From Telmatocola sphagniphila (GTDB lineage: Bacteria > Planctomycetota > Planctomycetia > Gemmatales > Gemmataceae), in NCBI RefSeq assembly GCF_018398935.1, contig NZ_CP074694.1, positions 6,270,001-6,302,000 of the forward strand: 32,000 nt of DNA, read 5' to 3'. The translations under genes and the position numbers were made by a program. The notes under the pieces were generated by a model, which did no database searches, was not told the origin of the DNA, and saw nothing but the letters and a program-made list of their open reading frames with translations. This document shows, in pieces, positions 1 to 9,172 of the stretch. The number at the start of each line of letters is the position of its first letter. Position 1 is the first letter of the stretch.

Positions 1-151
1 TTCATAGCGATTCGCTAATGCTGACCCATCATGTAGTGGTATTCTCAAGTTTTTTCGCTACCGACATTCTCTTTTGGTGCAATTCTGTATACTATTTCCT
101 TTGTCGCATAAAGAGAAAACTATCCCAATATTGTTCTAAGTGAGATCTCTC

Positions 152-1237
152 ATGGCCGAGAATGATCGTGAATTGAAAAACACACTGTCGGCAATTGAAA
201 AGGAGTTCGGCAAAGGGTCCATCATGTCTCTGGGCGAGACGGATGTTTCCGATATCCAGGGCATTCCCACAGGGGCTCTGAGCCTGGATATCGCTCTGGG
301 TGGGAAAGGTCTTCCCCGCGGTCGAATTATCGAAATTTATGGGGCCGAATCCTCGGGCAAAACCTCCATTGCCCTACACTGTGTCGCGAATGCTCAAAAA
401 CAGGGCGGTGTCGCTGCATATATCGACGCCGAGCACGCTCTGGACCCCAGCTGGGCCAAGCGCCTGGGCGTTGACCTGGAATCGCTTCTGGTCTCCCAGC
501 CTACCTTCGGCGAAGAAGCCCTGCGGATCGCGGAAATGCTGGTGAAATCGAATGCGGTAGACATCATCGTGATCGATTCGGTGGCCGCGCTGGTGCCGAA
601 GACCGAAATGGAAAACGAGATCGGCGATTCCTCGATGGGGATGCAGGCTCGGTTGATGAGCCAGGCCCTGCGGGTTCTGAATCCGGTTATCTCCAAGACG
701 AAAACCTGCGTGATCTTCATCAACCAGATTCGACAGAAGATCGGTATCGTCTACGGCAACCCGGAAACGACGCCGGGCGGGCTGGCCCTGAAGTTCTATT
801 GCTCCGTTCGGTTGGAGGTCCGTCGCGGCCCGGCCATCAAAGATGGCGACGACATCATCGGTAACGAGACCAAAGTCAAGGTCGTCAAGAACAAGATCGC
901 TCCCCCGTTCCGACAGGCCGAGTTCGAATTGCTTTACGATCGCGGCATCAGCTACGAAGGCGATTTGCTCAACCTGGGCGTGAATGCGGAAATCGTTTCC
1001 AAGAGCGGCTCCTTCTTCAGCTATGGCGACACCCGGCTGGGGCAGGGCAAGGAAAATGCTCGCGAATTCCTCCGTCAGAATGGCAATGTGGGCGAAGAGA
1101 TTCGCGGCAAGATTCTGGAGAAAATGGGCTTCGTCGCCAATGCCATGCTCGTTCCCGTGGAAAACCGCGATAAGGAGGAAGAGGTAGAGCCCGAAGCCAT
1201 TCCCGCCCCGAAACGGAAGAAATCCTCAGAAAAGTAA
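152..1237 (+). CDS. recA: Recombinase RecA
   Basis: Textbook RecA sequence: Walker [49 protein letters not shown]. The ATG at 152 (MAENDREL...) is preferred over the GTG at 140 used by the ORF track. The C-terminal tail is acidic/basic. Confidence 0.97.
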   Translation: MAENDRELKNTLSAIEKEFGKGSIMSLGETDVSDIQGIPTGALSLDIALGGKGLPRGRIIEIYGAESSGKTSIALHCVANAQKQGGVAAYIDAEHALDPSWAKRLGVDLESLLVSQPTFGEEALRIAEMLVKSNAVDIIVIDSVAALVPKTEMENEIGDSSMGMQARLMSQALRVLNPVISKTKTCVIFINQIRQKIGIVYGNPETTPGGLALKFYCSVRLEVRRGPAIKDGDDIIGNETKVKVVKNKIAPPFRQAEFELLYDRGISYEGDLLNLGVNAEIVSKSGSFFSYGDTRLGQGKENAREFLRQNGNVGEEIRGKILEKMGFVANAMLVPVENRDKEEEVEPEAIPAPKRKKSSEK

Positions 1238-1267
1238 TCGCTCACTTTTCCCTCCTAAAATGAGTGG

Positions 1268-1660
1268 ATGTCGGAAAACCGTCTTTCTCTGGGACAGCAT
1301 CAGCGGCTGAAAAAAACGGCTGAGTTCGATGCTGTCTACAACCTGAAAAAGTCGGTTTCCGATGCCCAGCTGATTCTCTTCGGCAAGAAAAACGAGCTTC
1401 CCCTGTCTCGGATTGGCCTCTCGGTTTCCAAAAAGCACGGCAACGCCGTGGTGCGCAATCGCATTAAAAGAATGCTCCGGGAGGCTTTTCGGACTCGACA
1501 GCTGCAAATTCCGCCCGGTTTCGATTTCGTGCTGGTTCCTCGTGTCGGCCTGGAACTCGATTTGCGCCTGTTGCAGGAGTCTATTCAGAAATTGACCTCC
1601 CGGCTCGCCAGACGTATTTCAGAACAGAAAGAAACCCGTCCCGCAGAGAATCTGCCGTGA
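1268..1660 (+). CDS. rnpA: Ribonuclease P protein component
   Basis: 130 aa. Carries the RnpA signature [21 protein letters not shown] with an N-terminal [12 protein letters not shown]. Starts 30 nt after the recA stop. Confidence 0.9.
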   Translation: MSENRLSLGQHQRLKKTAEFDAVYNLKKSVSDAQLILFGKKNELPLSRIGLSVSKKHGNAVVRNRIKRMLREAFRTRQLQIPPGFDFVLVPRVGLELDLRLLQESIQKLTSRLARRISEQKETRPAENLP

Positions 1661-1878
1661 TGAAGCGACTCTTTTCCTATCTGCTGATCGCCCTGGTAAA
1701 AGTGTACCAGTATTGCATCCGGCCCTTTCTACCGCCCTCATGTCGCTTTATCCCTGGTTGCAGCGAATATATGATCCTCGCCATCCAGAAATATGGCCCG
1801 CTCAAAGGTACCTGGAAGGGCATAGGTCGGGTTTGTCGTTGCCACCCGCTGCATCCGGGCGGATATGACTGGCCTTAG
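1657..1878 (+). CDS. yidD: Membrane protein insertion efficiency factor YidD
   Basis: YidD motifs [18 protein letters not shown] and [13 protein letters not shown]. The start overlaps the rnpA stop (GTGATGA); either GTG 1657 or ATG 1660 could be used. Confidence 0.9.
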   Translation: MMKRLFSYLLIALVKVYQYCIRPFLPPSCRFIPGCSEYMILAIQKYGPLKGTWKGIGRVCRCHPLHPGGYDWP

Positions 1879-1990
1879 AAGGCTCTCTGTCCGTGATTCG
1901 TGGCAATTCTGAATTCGAATTGCTTCAAGTTAATAAAACAAGCCAAATATTTAAATCTCTCCGAACGTTGCCAAAGAAGGAGCGCGACGC

Positions 1991-2743
1991 ATGTCGCAAC
2001 AGAACCACTTTCGATTGGATGGCCGAGTCGCTGTAGTCACTGGAGGCGGGCAGGGCATTGGCGAAGCGATTTGCCGCCGGTTGGCTTCCGCCGGTGCCAA
2101 AATTGCCGTGTTCGACCTGTCTGAGGCCAATGCTCAGCGCGTGGCGAAGGAGCTGGGGGGCGTGGCCGCTATCGGTAACATCACCCAGGAAGCCGATGTG
2201 ATTCGCTGCGTGGCCGAGATCGAAACAGCTCTGGGCCCCGTCGACATCGTGGTGAATAATGCCGGGATCACCGGAAAAGCGGCGAAAACCTGGGAATTAG
2301 AAGCCAGTGTGATGACCACCGTGCTGGATGTGAACGTCACCGGACCTTTCATGCTCTGCAAGGCCGTGCTGCCGGGAATGATCAGTCGGAAGTTCGGCCG
2401 CATCATCAATATCGCAAGTGTCGCCGGCAAAGAAGGCAATCCGACCATGGGGCCTTATTCCGCCAGCAAAGCGGCCATCATCGCCCTCACCAAATCGATG
2501 GCCAAAGAAGTGGTTGGCATCGGCGACATCACCGTGAATGCCATCTCCCCCGCCGTGATTCACACTCCGATTCTGGATGGGCTGCCCCAATCGACCGTCG
2601 ATTACATGGTCAGCAAAATACCGATGGGTCGAGTTGGCAAGCCGGAGGAGGTGGCTTCGCTGGTCCATTTCCTGGCCAGCAATGAAGCGAGCTTCACCAC
2701 GGCTCAGACGTATGACATCAGCGGCGGTCGGTCGACATACTGA
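1991..2743 (+). CDS. Short-chain dehydrogenase/reductase (FabG-like oxidoreductase)
   Basis: Classical SDR motifs: VTGGGQGIG (TGxxxGxG), NNAG, and catalytic S...YSASK. An SD-like aaggag lies about 7 nt upstream of the ATG. Confidence 0.9.
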   Translation: MSQQNHFRLDGRVAVVTGGGQGIGEAICRRLASAGAKIAVFDLSEANAQRVAKELGGVAAIGNITQEADVIRCVAEIETALGPVDIVVNNAGITGKAAKTWELEASVMTTVLDVNVTGPFMLCKAVLPGMISRKFGRIINIASVAGKEGNPTMGPYSASKAAIIALTKSMAKEVVGIGDITVNAISPAVIHTPILDGLPQSTVDYMVSKIPMGRVGKPEEVASLVHFLASNEASFTTAQTYDISGGRSTY

Positions 2744-2788
2744 TTTCCCATCGCCCCGGCCCCCAGGGGCCTCGACAGGAATTCACCT

Positions 2789-4195
2789 ATGAATTCGATC
2801 TTTCTCGAATTCAATCTTCCCAAAGCGGCGACCTGGTTCTACTTTTCGCTGCTTCTGGCGGTCGCCATGTTCTTCAACTTTCGCCGACCGCTCAGTCTGC
2901 GAAATTGGGATGTCCTCGGCTTATTTCTGATCGCCCCCGGATTCCTCATCCTGGAGGAAGCCCGCCATTTCCAAAATGAAGCCGCGGTAAGTGCGGCTGC
3001 AGATGTTGCTGCTGCTGCCAATTCAATTACCAAAACATCCAACACTCTGGTAGAAAGTGAGGCGACCCGGGCCTTGCGGCTTATCTGTACGCACAAAATA
3101 CTCTACGCCTATATCTGGTTGGTCTCGGCTAGCTTCTTATGGTTTTTGCGATGCCTGCTCGATCTCGGCCTGGTTCGCCGACCCTACCTGCCGATCAATC
3201 TGAATAATGCCGGATTGACCTGGCTGACCGCGGCTTTGTTCATCTGTATCACGGCGGCCGCTATTCGGCGGATACCGGAACTACCTGCCGAAAGCAGCAA
3301 GGAACCGATCGCGCTGACCCGAGTCACCGACAGTGCAACCAGCATCTTTGCTTCGCAGAATGCCGATCTGAATCGGGTGGATACTCGATACTGGGTCGAA
3401 GTATCCGCATCGCTATTTGGCCATATGGTGATTGTCGTTATCCTCTTTTTGATCGGTTACATTCACTTCAAGGAATCCGAAGCGGGATTAGGTGCGGCCT
3501 GTCTCTATCTTTTGAATCCTTCGACCGCCTACACCGTACAGCAGGTACATCACGTCTGGCCGGCCATTCTCTTGACTGGGGCGGTGCTAGTGTATTCCCG
3601 GCCGCTCGTTTCCGGGTTGCTTTTGGGCGTAGCGGCGGGCAGTGCGTACTTTCCGCTCCTACTGTTCCCGCTCTGGTTCGGCTTTTATCGGGGTCGCGGG
3701 GCAGGGCGATTTTTCAGCGGGTTTCTCTTCGCACTAGTCGTCAGTGTGGCCATTACCGCACTTTCCCTCGGGTGGACCGGTGAACTCTCCGAACACCTTC
3801 GCTATGCATTGGACCTTTCCGATTGGCAAGCCTGGAAGCGGCCCAAGACGGAAAGTATCTGGACCGGCACCCACTATGCCTACCGTTTACCGGTATTCAG
3901 TGCCTATTTCGCTTTCGTGATAGTCACCGCGTTTTGGCCCTCCCCCCGGCATCTGGGGCATGTGATTGCTCAATCCGCGGCGGTGGTTCTCGGCGTACAA
4001 TTCTGGTATGCGGACAAAGGCGGCATCTACGTAAATTGGTACCTGCCTTTACTGCTGCTTATGATCTTCCGTCCTAATCTGACGAAAGTCCGGCCTCCAG
4101 AGATTGCCAGAGAAAATGACTGGCTATTGAGGCAATTGACGAAAATCGGTCGGCGATTGCCAAAATTTCGCAGGTTCAAATTATCCAGGAAATAG
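2789..4195 (+). CDS. Polytopic integral membrane protein of unknown function (possibly GT-C-like)
   Basis: 468-aa ORF with many hydrophobic helices (for example LLLGVAAGSAYFPLLLFPLWFGFY) and a basic C-terminal tail. No catalytic motif recognised, so the function is not assigned. Confidence 0.7.
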   Translation: MNSIFLEFNLPKAATWFYFSLLLAVAMFFNFRRPLSLRNWDVLGLFLIAPGFLILEEARHFQNEAAVSAAADVAAAANSITKTSNTLVESEATRALRLICTHKILYAYIWLVSASFLWFLRCLLDLGLVRRPYLPINLNNAGLTWLTAALFICITAAAIRRIPELPAESSKEPIALTRVTDSATSIFASQNADLNRVDTRYWVEVSASLFGHMVIVVILFLIGYIHFKESEAGLGAACLYLLNPSTAYTVQQVHHVWPAILLTGAVLVYSRPLVSGLLLGVAAGSAYFPLLLFPLWFGFYRGRGAGRFFSGFLFALVVSVAITALSLGWTGELSEHLRYALDLSDWQAWKRPKTESIWTGTHYAYRLPVFSAYFAFVIVTAFWPSPRHLGHVIAQSAAVVLGVQFWYADKGGIYVNWYLPLLLLMIFRPNLTKVRPPEIARENDWLLRQLTKIGRRLPKFRRFKLSRK

Positions 4196-4297
4196 CACTG
4201 GCCCAGATCCGCGCTTGAATGGCTCTTGAGTTCGAGTTAGAATATAGGTTCCTACCGGGTTGTTCGTAACCCAAAATGTCTCTGAGGATTCTCTCCC

Positions 4298-6961
4298 ATG
4301 CATCGTTTTTCACGTTCATGGCTTGCCGCTGCTGCTCTATTTGTTCCGATGCTGGCCTGGGCTCAACCTCAGGGTGCGGAAGTGCCTCGCCCGCGCCTGG
4401 ATATCGTTAATCCTTTCGGGGCTAAACTGGGAACTTCCCTCGAAGTGCAGATTTCCGGAGCGGACCTGGAAGAAACTACGGAATTGCGATTCAATCATCC
4501 CGGCATTAAAGCGGAATTGATCGAACTGCCTGAACCGAAAGCGAATCCTAAAGAGCCCAAGAAAACCAAACTCGGCAAGGCCAGCCGAGCGAGCGGTAAA
4601 TTCAAAATTACCGTCGATGCGACTGTGAAACCGGGAATTTACGAAGTTCGCTCCATCAATCGCTTCGGCATCAGTAACCCGCGTGTGTTCATCGTCAGCG
4701 ACCTGAAGGAAGTGGCGGAAAAAGAGCCCAACAACGATGTTCCGCAGGCTCAGAAAATTGAACTTAACACGATCGTGAACGGCAGCTTCAGTTCGCCGAC
4801 CGATGTGGATTACTATCAGATCACCGCCAAGAAAGGGCAGCGAATTCTCGCGAGTTGTGCCACCGGCACCATCGACAGCAGCGCCCGGCCTCTGGTGGAA
4901 ATCTACTCCAAAGCAGGTCGCCTGCTGACGGCCAATCGCAACTACTCGGGCGATGATGCTCTCGCGGATTTGACCATTCCGGCCGATGGAGATTACCTGA
5001 TTCGAGTTTGCGAATTCACCTATACCTTCAGTGCGAACGTACCGGCTATCTCCTATTTCTACCGCCTCACCGTTAGCACGAATCCCTGGATTGATGCCGT
5101 GCATCCTCCCATGGTGCAACCGGGTAAGCCGACGCAAGTGACCGTTTATGGCCGCAATCTGCCCGGCGGGAAGAAAAGTTCCGCTTATAAGATTCAAGGC
5201 AAGGAAATCGAAGAATTGACGGTCACGATCACACCGCCGGGCGAGGCATCCAAGCTGAATGTGGGCTTCCGCATCGATCCGCGCAGTGCGGAATTGGATG
5301 CGTTCGCTTATTCGATTCCCAGCCCGACCGGTTCTTCCAATGTGGTGCCGATTTTCTTTGCTCGCGATCCGGTGGTCCTGGAAAAAGAGCCGAACGACAC
5401 ACCGGAGAGTGCCCAGGAAATCCCGATTAACAGCGAACTGGCCGGGCGGATTGAAAAACGGAATGATACCGACTGGTACACCTTCACGGCCAAGAAGGGG
5501 CAATCGCTCTGGATTGAACTTTATGCGGATCGGTTGAATTGCACCAGCACCGGGGTTTCAACTCTGATGTATTTCAGTTTGAAAAAGGCCGATCCCAAAT
5601 CGGGCAACATCACCGAACAGGAAGACAGCAACGACACTTTGTCGCCAAATCACTTCTTCACCCGCAACGGCGACCCACCGGCTTTCAAATTCATCCCCCC
5701 CGAGGATGGCAAATATCTGATTCAGGTCGGCAGCCGGGAATCGAGCACGCTCTATGGCCCCAAAGCCCAATATCGACTTTGCATCTCCGACGAAAAGCCC
5801 GACTTCCGAGTCGTGGCCATCACTCCCTATACCCAAAACGCTCTGCCCAGCAGCATCAATCTGGAAAAAGGAGCTCCCGCTTCTCTCGATATCTACGTCT
5901 TCCGGAAACAGGGTTTCCATGATCCGATCCTGCTCACGGCGGAAGGTCTGCCGCCGGGCGTGGAGTGTCCGCCGCAGATTATTGGAACCAACCAGATTTA
6001 CGGTGCCCTGGTGCTGACCGCCAAGCCCGATGCCGCGGAGTACAACGGCCCGATTCGGATTGTGGCCTCGGCTAATGTGCAAGGTGTGATGTTGAAACGG
6101 GAGGTCCGGCCGGCCAGCATCACTTGGCCCGGCCCGCAGAATAATCCCAACTTCCCATTGATTGGTCGGCTCGATCAGGAATGCTGCATCGCCGTCCGCG
6201 ACAAGCCTTTGTTTCAGATCAAGATCGACCCGAACAAGATCTTCATCAAGAAAGAGGAAAAACTCCCGTTGCCGCTGGTGGTCAAACCGGGCGATAAATT
6301 GACCGTGCCGCTGGAAGTGGTTCGGAACGCTCCGGAGGCCAAGGTCGCCATCACCACGGCCCTCGTGACAAGTCAGCGAAACAATCAAGGTCTGCCCGGC
6401 AATCAACCGCCGTTGCTCTTCAACAACGGCCAGCCAATGCCCACCATCGCGGCCGATAAGAACGATACCACTTTCGGTCTGGAAGTGCGAGCTACCGCAC
6501 AACCGGGCGTCTACCCGGTTGTCGTCAAGGCGTTCGGCCAGATTCCTTACGATAAAAATCCCGATGGCAAGAACAAAAAACCGGCGATCTTCACCGCCGT
6601 CAGCACACCGTTCACGGTGAAGGTCCTTCCCGCGACTCTCGGCAAATTCATCGCGAAGGCTCCGGCCAACGCCAAGCCGGGCGATACCGTCGATGTGGCC
6701 GTGAAGGTCACTCGCGAGAACGATTATACCGGGGAATACAAACTGAAATTGACTCTACCGGTCGATCTGAAAGGCGCGGAGGTCAAGGAAGTGGTTCTCC
6801 CCGCCGGAAAAGACGAAGTGATGGTACCGATCAAACTGGCCAAGGAAGTGACTCCCAAGAATTATCAGGGCATCGTGCTCAGCGCGGTCGGTAAGTATGA
6901 AAGCCAGTTCGATGTGAAAAGCGAAATCAAGTTTGATATGGCGATTGTCAAAGGCAAATAA
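4298..6961 (+). CDS. Large secreted protein with two PPC (pre-peptidase C-terminal)-like modules
   Basis: Signal peptide MHRFSRSWLAAAALFVPMLAWAQP. Two copies of the pattern EKEPN(N)D..(A)Q.I......G......D.D(Y/W)Y.(I/F)TAKKGQ, starting near nt 4718 and nt 5381. SD gagga upstream. The long antisense ORFs inside it are shadow frames. Confidence 0.8.
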   Translation: MHRFSRSWLAAAALFVPMLAWAQPQGAEVPRPRLDIVNPFGAKLGTSLEVQISGADLEETTELRFNHPGIKAELIELPEPKANPKEPKKTKLGKASRASGKFKITVDATVKPGIYEVRSINRFGISNPRVFIVSDLKEVAEKEPNNDVPQAQKIELNTIVNGSFSSPTDVDYYQITAKKGQRILASCATGTIDSSARPLVEIYSKAGRLLTANRNYSGDDALADLTIPADGDYLIRVCEFTYTFSANVPAISYFYRLTVSTNPWIDAVHPPMVQPGKPTQVTVYGRNLPGGKKSSAYKIQGKEIEELTVTITPPGEASKLNVGFRIDPRSAELDAFAYSIPSPTGSSNVVPIFFARDPVVLEKEPNDTPESAQEIPINSELAGRIEKRNDTDWYTFTAKKGQSLWIELYADRLNCTSTGVSTLMYFSLKKADPKSGNITEQEDSNDTLSPNHFFTRNGDPPAFKFIPPEDGKYLIQVGSRESSTLYGPKAQYRLCISDEKPDFRVVAITPYTQNALPSSINLEKGAPASLDIYVFRKQGFHDPILLTAEGLPPGVECPPQIIGTNQIYGALVLTAKPDAAEYNGPIRIVASANVQGVMLKREVRPASITWPGPQNNPNFPLIGRLDQECCIAVRDKPLFQIKIDPNKIFIKKEEKLPLPLVVKPGDKLTVPLEVVRNAPEAKVAITTALVTSQRNNQGLPGNQPPLLFNNGQPMPTIAADKNDTTFGLEVRATAQPGVYPVVVKAFGQIPYDKNPDGKNKKPAIFTAVSTPFTVKVLPATLGKFIAKAPANAKPGDTVDVAVKVTRENDYTGEYKLKLTLPVDLKGAEVKEVVLPAGKDEVMVPIKLAKEVTPKNYQGIVLSAVGKYESQFDVKSEIKFDMAIVKGK

Positions 6962-6986
6962 GCACACCGCCCCTTGAGGATATTCC

Positions 6987-8408
6987 ATGCGTTACCTATC
7001 TCTCTTTTTACTCTTCCTGTCGCCGGCGATGGGGCAGGAAAAAAAAGAGAAACCCCTGAAGCCGATCGAGGAAATCAAGCTCGATCGCAAGGATCCCATT
7101 AGCTACGAAAAAGACGTCGAGCCGATTTTCGCCGATAAGTGCTTCGTCTGCCATTCGGGGAATGTGATCGAAAGCAAGTTCGACATGAGCACTTACGCCG
7201 GCGTGATGAAAGGCGGCAAGCGCGGCACGGTCATCATCCCCGGCAAGGCGAGCGATAGTTTTCTCTACAAAGTCTCCGGCCATCGCGAAAAGCCGGTCAT
7301 GCCATTAAAAGGTGAGGATCCGCTTTCTCCGAAGGAGCTGGCACTGGTCAAAGCCTGGATCGATCAGGGGGCCAAAGCTCCGATGGGGATGCGGGAGAAA
7401 AAGAAAATCGTGTTGAACCTGCCCCCGGAATCGGTCAAGCCGGTGCGGGCCGTGGCTTTCGGCAAGAAGATTATTGCGGTCGGTAGAGCCAATCAGATCA
7501 ACATCTACGATTCTGAGAAATTCGATTTCGTTAAAACTCTGCTCGACCCCGATCTGAAGACGGCCGACGGTAAACCGGCTAAGGCCGCACATATTTCGCT
7601 GGTGGAATCGCTGGCTTTCAGTCCCGATGGGAAAACGCTCGTCAGCGGCTCATTTCAAGAACTGAACATTTGGGACATCGACTCCGGTAAGCTGAAAAAG
7701 AAACTCACCGGCTTTGCCGATCGGGTGACCGCACTGGACTTCTCCCACGATGGCAAGTACCTGGCCACAGGAGGCGGCGCTCCGACCGAGGATGGCGAAC
7801 TTCGCCTCTATCAGACCTCGGACTGGAAGCTAATTCAGGATATCAAACCGGCCCATAGCGATACAGTTTATGCCGTGCAGTTCAGCCCCGATAACACCAA
7901 GCTGGCTTCGAGCGCGGCCGATAAGTTCGTTAAGGTTTTTGAGGTGCCCTCGGGCAAGCTGCTGAAATCTTTCGAAGGCCATACGCACCACGTCCTTGAT
8001 GTGGCCTGGAAGTCGGACGGCAAAGCGCTGGCCAGTGCCGGGGCCGATAACGTCATCAAAATCTGGGACTACGATAAGGGCGAGCAGATTCGTACCATCC
8101 AGCAGGCCCACACCAAGCAGGTCACCCGTCTGGCTTTTATTGGCAAAACGCCGACGTTCATGTCGGTGAGCGGCGACAACGCTTTCAAGCTTTGGAATAG
8201 CGACAACGGCGGCATGCAGCGAAACTATTCGGGCAATATCGATTACCTGTACGCCCTGGCGATCAGCGACGACGGCAAGCTGGCGGCGGTCGGTGGAGAA
8301 GAAGGTGTGGTTCGCGTGTACAAGATCGAGAATCCGCAACCGATCAAGGTGTTGCTGCCACCGGGCGAAATCAAGAAAGACCCGCCGCCCCCGCCGACGA
8401 AGAAGTGA
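6987..8408 (+). CDS. Planctomycete-type cytochrome c (PSCyt1-like) domain fused to WD40 repeats
   Basis: Signal peptide, then DVEPIFADKCFVCHSG (CxxCH) ...GKASDSFLY...MP, followed by at least 6 WD40-like repeats (LAFSPDGKTLVSGS, LDFSHDGKYLATGG, VQFSPDNTKLASSAADKFVKVFE, VAWKSDGKALASAGADNVIKIWD). Proline-rich C-terminus KKDPPPPPTKK. Starts 25 nt after the preceding gene. Confidence 0.85.
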   Translation: MRYLSLFLLFLSPAMGQEKKEKPLKPIEEIKLDRKDPISYEKDVEPIFADKCFVCHSGNVIESKFDMSTYAGVMKGGKRGTVIIPGKASDSFLYKVSGHREKPVMPLKGEDPLSPKELALVKAWIDQGAKAPMGMREKKKIVLNLPPESVKPVRAVAFGKKIIAVGRANQINIYDSEKFDFVKTLLDPDLKTADGKPAKAAHISLVESLAFSPDGKTLVSGSFQELNIWDIDSGKLKKKLTGFADRVTALDFSHDGKYLATGGGAPTEDGELRLYQTSDWKLIQDIKPAHSDTVYAVQFSPDNTKLASSAADKFVKVFEVPSGKLLKSFEGHTHHVLDVAWKSDGKALASAGADNVIKIWDYDKGEQIRTIQQAHTKQVTRLAFIGKTPTFMSVSGDNAFKLWNSDNGGMQRNYSGNIDYLYALAISDDGKLAAVGGEEGVVRVYKIENPQPIKVLLPPGEIKKDPPPPPTKK

Positions 8409-8436
8409 TTCTCGAAGTTATCGGAAAAAATGCGAA

Positions 8437-8474
8437 GCGGCGAATCCGGAGATTTCGGACCACCGCTTTTTTTT
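8437..8474. terminator. Putative bidirectional intrinsic terminator between convergent genes
   Basis: GCGG...tccg-gagattt-cgga...CCGC stem followed by T8 on the + strand (8467-8474). The opposite strand has a T6 run shortly after the stem. It sits between the WD40 gene stop (8408) and the minus-strand ORF stop (8484). Confidence 0.55.
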
Positions 8475-8483
8475 GGCTTTAGA

Positions 8484-8945
8484 TTAGATCTCTTCATCGA
8501 CCAGCAGCGGTTGCCTATCGGTATGAGTCATCACCCGGTAATCCCGGGAAGGTGTTCGACAAATCACATAGACGTGCGGCTGCTGTGCTTTGTCGAATGC
8601 AATAACGCCACGAACGCCCTGGCGGGTCGGATACCATATGCCATTCGCCAGCACCCTGCTCGAAGGAATGATCACCGGGTGGTAGCCGATTTTATTCCAG
8701 CCGCCCTCATCCAGAGTTTGCTTCCAAGTCCAAGCCGTGCGCGGCAGAAAGCACTTGGTGTCCTGATTGCCCCACATGGCGATCTGGAACTGTCCCTGAA
8801 ACCGTACCGGGAGCAGCCGACGGGAGTCCTTTGCCAGAAAGCGGTATTCGAGATCCGACCCGCTCTTGTGGAGCCGATTCCCCAGGTGATACTGCGAAAT
8901 AAAACCCTCGGGAATTTCGGAAGAGCGAAGAGCAATTCCATCCAT
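8484..8945 (-). CDS. Hypothetical protein, weakly SRAP/DUF159-like by eye but lacking Cys2
   Basis: 153-aa Trp-rich ORF with an SD-like aagggg 8 nt upstream of the ATG. It looks far more protein-like than the overlapping + strand ORF 8430..8951. See the findings for the motif comparison. Confidence 0.6.
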   Translation of the reverse strand: MDGIALRSSEIPEGFISQYHLGNRLHKSGSDLEYRFLAKDSRRLLPVRFQGQFQIAMWGNQDTKCFLPRTAWTWKQTLDEGGWNKIGYHPVIIPSSRVLANGIWYPTRQGVRGVIAFDKAQQPHVYVICRTPSRDYRVMTHTDRQPLLVDEEI

Positions 8946-9172
8946 TGCTGACCCCTTGTGAAAAGCGAATGATACTGAACATCAGTACACTTACTGAAAA
9001 TTCCAGAGGTTTGCAATGTCGGTTGCAGACCGGAAGAAAATTCGCGAGTGCCTGAGGTTGATTCGTTCCGCCAAAACGTCTTCGAGTTCGACCATCTCCC
9101 CGGGAGGAACATAGTCATAACCGAAGTCGACGGGGGGCGCAATACCGATTTGAATACTCGAAAAAAGATTTT

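Noticed and set aside
1-139. An SOS (LexA) box or promoter upstream of recA, for example CTGTATACTATTTCC at ~84-98 and a TATACT -10-like hexamer at 88-93.
   Set aside because: Only a CTGT half-site is present, with no matching ACAG arm and no GAAC-N4-GTTC. I found no properly spaced -35, so this is too weak to call.
4337-6502. Long minus-strand ORFs (388 aa and 314 aa) inside the 887-aa gene.
   Set aside because: These are shadow frames of a strongly supported plus-strand gene. They are Arg/Gly/Phe-rich, low-complexity translations with no motifs.
8430-8951. 173-aa plus-strand ORF overlapping the 8484..8945 minus-strand ORF.
   Set aside because: It has an Arg/Pro/His-rich antisense-type composition and starts inside the terminator hairpin. 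The minus-strand frame has an SD and a protein-like sequence.
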